DNA from: Thermoplasmatota archaeon
GTDB taxonomy: Archaea > Thermoplasmatota > Penumbrarchaeia > Penumbrarchaeales > Penumbrarchaeaceae
Direction of reading: 5' to 3'
Assembly: GCA_965234725.1 (NCBI GenBank)
Contig: CBDDUX010000109.1
Span: 1 to 34,848, forward strand
DNA: 34,848 bases
The translations under genes were made by a program, and so were the position numbers. Positions 32,416 to 34,848 of the stretch are shown one piece after another (position 1 is the first letter of the stretch; the number at the start of each line of letters is the position of its first letter). The notes beneath the pieces were generated by a model, which was given only the letters and a program-made list of their open reading frames with translations, did not search any database and was not told the origin of the DNA.

Positions 32416-33304
32416 AAAATCCCTCCTTTTTCATGAAAGTTCTCATTTCGGAAAGGCTATTCTCAATTGTATCCATTCTATTGTGATATGGCCAATGATC
32501 GATCTCTGTTGAAAGGGTTCTATCTACCGGTGGGCCGATGTTATCCACTTTTTCAATTGTGAAATCTTTCTGGAATATCTTGGCAATCACTTTCAATAGT
32601 TGGAATTTATCCACTTCAGAATTTCTTACACAATGCCAAATCATCGACCTTTCGATAAGGTCATCAAATAAAGATTCCCTTATTACATGATCGCACAATT
32701 GAGCAAACTGTAATGTTGTCATACCGTTCCATCGGTGATGCGAAAACCCTTTTAAGACCGCCCCATCAGGTTGTTCAAGGAACCATTCAAGTAAACTTAA
32801 CTTTCCTTTTAGCTCAGGTCCAATGATAGATGTCCTTAAATTCAGGACATTACCGTCGTAGACCTCACCCAGACTTTTTGATTTTCCATATACATCAAGA
32901 GGATCATGAATGGAGCTTTCCACATATTTTCCATCTTTTCCCGAAAATACACAGTCAGTTGCGATCTGTATGACCCGGCATCCGTTTTTTCCAGCAATTT
33001 TGGACATTTCATGGGGGAAGAGTGAATTTACCAAAATTGCATTCTTCTTTCCAACGGGGTCATCATCTTTGCAATGGGGTTTGATTATTCCTATACAATT
33101 AATAATATAATCTACACCTTCGTTTTTTACGATATCATTTAATTTTCCAATACCATTCTCCACATCGAAGTAAATATGATCTTTATTATGTCCATCGTTC
33201 CCTCTATGGGTTGAAATGACATTATGGTCATCCAGTGTTCTGAGATAAAGGTCCACCATGGAACCGAGCATACCAGTTGCTCCCAAGACCAATATTGAAG
33301 TCAT
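32402..33304 (-). CDS. RmlD-like NDP-4-keto-6-deoxyhexose reductase (SDR)
   Basis: GATGMLG, INCIG, ATDCVFSG, YGKSK, RTSIIG. Confidence 0.88.
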   Translation of the reverse strand: MTSILVLGATGMLGSMVDLYLRTLDDHNVISTHRGNDGHNKDHIYFDVENGIGKLNDIVKNEGVDYIINCIGIIKPHCKDDDPVGKKNAILVNSLFPHEMSKIAGKNGCRVIQIATDCVFSGKDGKYVESSIHDPLDVYGKSKSLGEVYDGNVLNLRTSIIGPELKGKLSLLEWFLEQPDGAVLKGFSHHRWNGMTTLQFAQLCDHVIRESLFDDLIERSMIWHCVRNSEVDKFQLLKVIAKIFQKDFTIEKVDNIGPPVDRTLSTEIDHWPYHNRMDTIENSLSEMRTFMKKEGFYSEK

Positions 33305-33315
33305 TCAAAATCACC

Positions 33316-33765
33316 TCATCGATTTTCAGCTTTCCAAATATCCTCACCCAGCAGGTCCCAATCAAAACGTATATCGTCTTCAAGACTTTCTTTCAAACTA
33401 CGGTTTGAAAAGAACTGGATCGTAGAACGTTGTTCAAGTGTCCTAAAACCATTTGCATACCCTTCCGGTATCTTCAATATGGCTGGTTTTCTTTCAGAAA
33501 GGATAAACCTCTGAATATTTTTCTTTCCCTTGAGGGGTGTTGAAAGGTCATCAAGAGGGACTGCGATTACCAGGGCGGAACCCTTTGGTACATATACATA
33601 TTTGATCTCATGTCTATGGCCATGAAATGCCCTTATTATCTCAGTATTGTAGTTGGAAACCTGATAGAATCTCTTCACATCTGGGAAATTGAAATCATTG
33701 ACGAAGTAAATCATTCCCCTGTCATCTACCGCGGATCCACCATTTATCAATTCAAGTTCTGCCAT
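33316..33765 (-). CDS. RmlC-like cupin (NDP-sugar 3,5-epimerase family)
   Basis: DDRG, IRAFHGH, IPEGYANGF, DDIR. Confidence 0.85.
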   Translation of the reverse strand: MAELELINGGSAVDDRGMIYFVNDFNFPDVKRFYQVSNYNTEIIRAFHGHRHEIKYVYVPKGSALVIAVPLDDLSTPLKGKKNIQRFILSERKPAILKIPEGYANGFRTLEQRSTIQFFSNRSLKESLEDDIRFDWDLLGEDIWKAENR

Positions 33766-34741
33766 TTGATTCGATCTCCTTCATGAATTTTTGATTATGG
33801 TAATTGGAAGAATACGGATGCTTGATCCTATGCTGTTTTATTAGGGTCATTATTTCTAAAGCACCATCTTCCACTGTTAAATTGAATCTAACCGGAGAAT
33901 TACATCGAAGATATCTTTCATTGTCGACCCTATAGTTCCTATGGTCTTCAAATTCTAGACTGGAATATATGATCTCAACGGATTTTTCGCTTATAGACAC
34001 ATTCTTGATCCTTTCGGCCAATTGTCTGATCGTCATATTCTCCTGGGCCAAGTTGTATGTTCCTTTTTCAAGGATTGGCTGTTCGTCAGTTTCGATCGCG
34101 GCATGGACAATTGCAAGGGCAGCATCCTTGACATGAAGTAATGGCCTCCATTGATCTCCGCCGAAAACATTCAAAGGTTCACCAAGCATTGATTTGACCG
34201 AGAGAATATTAACTACCAGATCCATTCTGACCCGGCTGAAATGGTCTGAAACACCATGCAGAGTCCCCAATCTAAATACAACAGAATCCTTGTTCTTTAG
34301 ATTGGATTCAGCCTCAAGTTTCGTCGATGCGTAGAGGGAGAGAGGTTTTTTCGGAGAATCCTCATTTAAAATCCCTTCTCCTTTTCCATAAACAGAACAT
34401 GTTGAGGTGAAGACGATCCTCCCATCATAATTTTTGGAAAGCCATTGGACAGAATTCTGGTTAACTTCGATTGTTCTTTGGGGGTTGACAGCACATGCCC
34501 CATCTCCAACGATCGCTGCCAACCATATTATGGTATCCGGGGAAAACCGGTCTATGACATCTCCGAGTAGATCGCTATCGGTAACATCACCATATACGAA
34601 ATTTACATTCTTCCTGTAATCCCGTTCATAAATAAGCGAATCATAAACCAGTACATTTGTCCTTTTCTCGAGTAGGATGTCCACAACGGAACCCCCAATA
34701 TATCCTGCTCCACCAACAACCAAAACTTTTTGTGTCTCCAT
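33752..34741 (-). CDS. NAD-dependent epimerase/dehydratase (extended SDR)
   Basis: GGAGYIG, LAAIVGD, STCSVYG, YASTK, QWRPLLHVKD. Confidence 0.9.
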   Translation of the reverse strand: METQKVLVVGGAGYIGGSVVDILLEKRTNVLVYDSLIYERDYRKNVNFVYGDVTDSDLLGDVIDRFSPDTIIWLAAIVGDGACAVNPQRTIEVNQNSVQWLSKNYDGRIVFTSTCSVYGKGEGILNEDSPKKPLSLYASTKLEAESNLKNKDSVVFRLGTLHGVSDHFSRVRMDLVVNILSVKSMLGEPLNVFGGDQWRPLLHVKDAALAIVHAAIETDEQPILEKGTYNLAQENMTIRQLAERIKNVSISEKSVEIIYSSLEFEDHRNYRVDNERYLRCNSPVRFNLTVEDGALEIMTLIKQHRIKHPYSSNYHNQKFMKEIESNGRT

Positions 34742-34848
34742 ATTACCACCCGAAATCAATAAGGACCTTTATGGTATAAGTGTAAGATATATAATTCAGT
34801 ACTTCACTAATTTCCTCCCTGCAATGAATGGTTTTCGTATACAAGCAT

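Overview
Archaeal chromosomal segment, probably Thermoplasmatota (inferred from archaeal rpl18e-rpl13-rps9, RadA, pelota, archease and archaeal GluRS, together with bacterial-type gyrBA and a DUF3198-like protein). Most of it is housekeeping genes, ending in an AT-richer glycosylation cluster (about 27.6-34.8 kb). The most interesting signals are non-coding. (1) Downstream of tRNA-Gly(CCC) is an array of three 161-180 bp units. Each starts with a copy of the tRNA 3' end that includes CCA (the gene itself reads CTA) and carries a two-hairpin core whose stem sequences covary; one core is inverted. (2) An AT-rich gap between convergent genes is bracketed by inverted ORB-like boxes and looks like a replication origin with no adjacent orc1/cdc6. 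(3) There are three copies of a 120-bp MITE with 17-bp TIRs and 4-bp TSDs; one rewrote a regulator's C-terminus and two identical copies flank a sulfotransferase. (4) A 23-bp alternating CG tract abuts the gyrB TATA box. (5) There is a switch-like leader before rpl18e and a GC-rich candidate ncRNA at 8.25-8.46 kb. All protein calls come from motif recognition by eye; no database searches were run.
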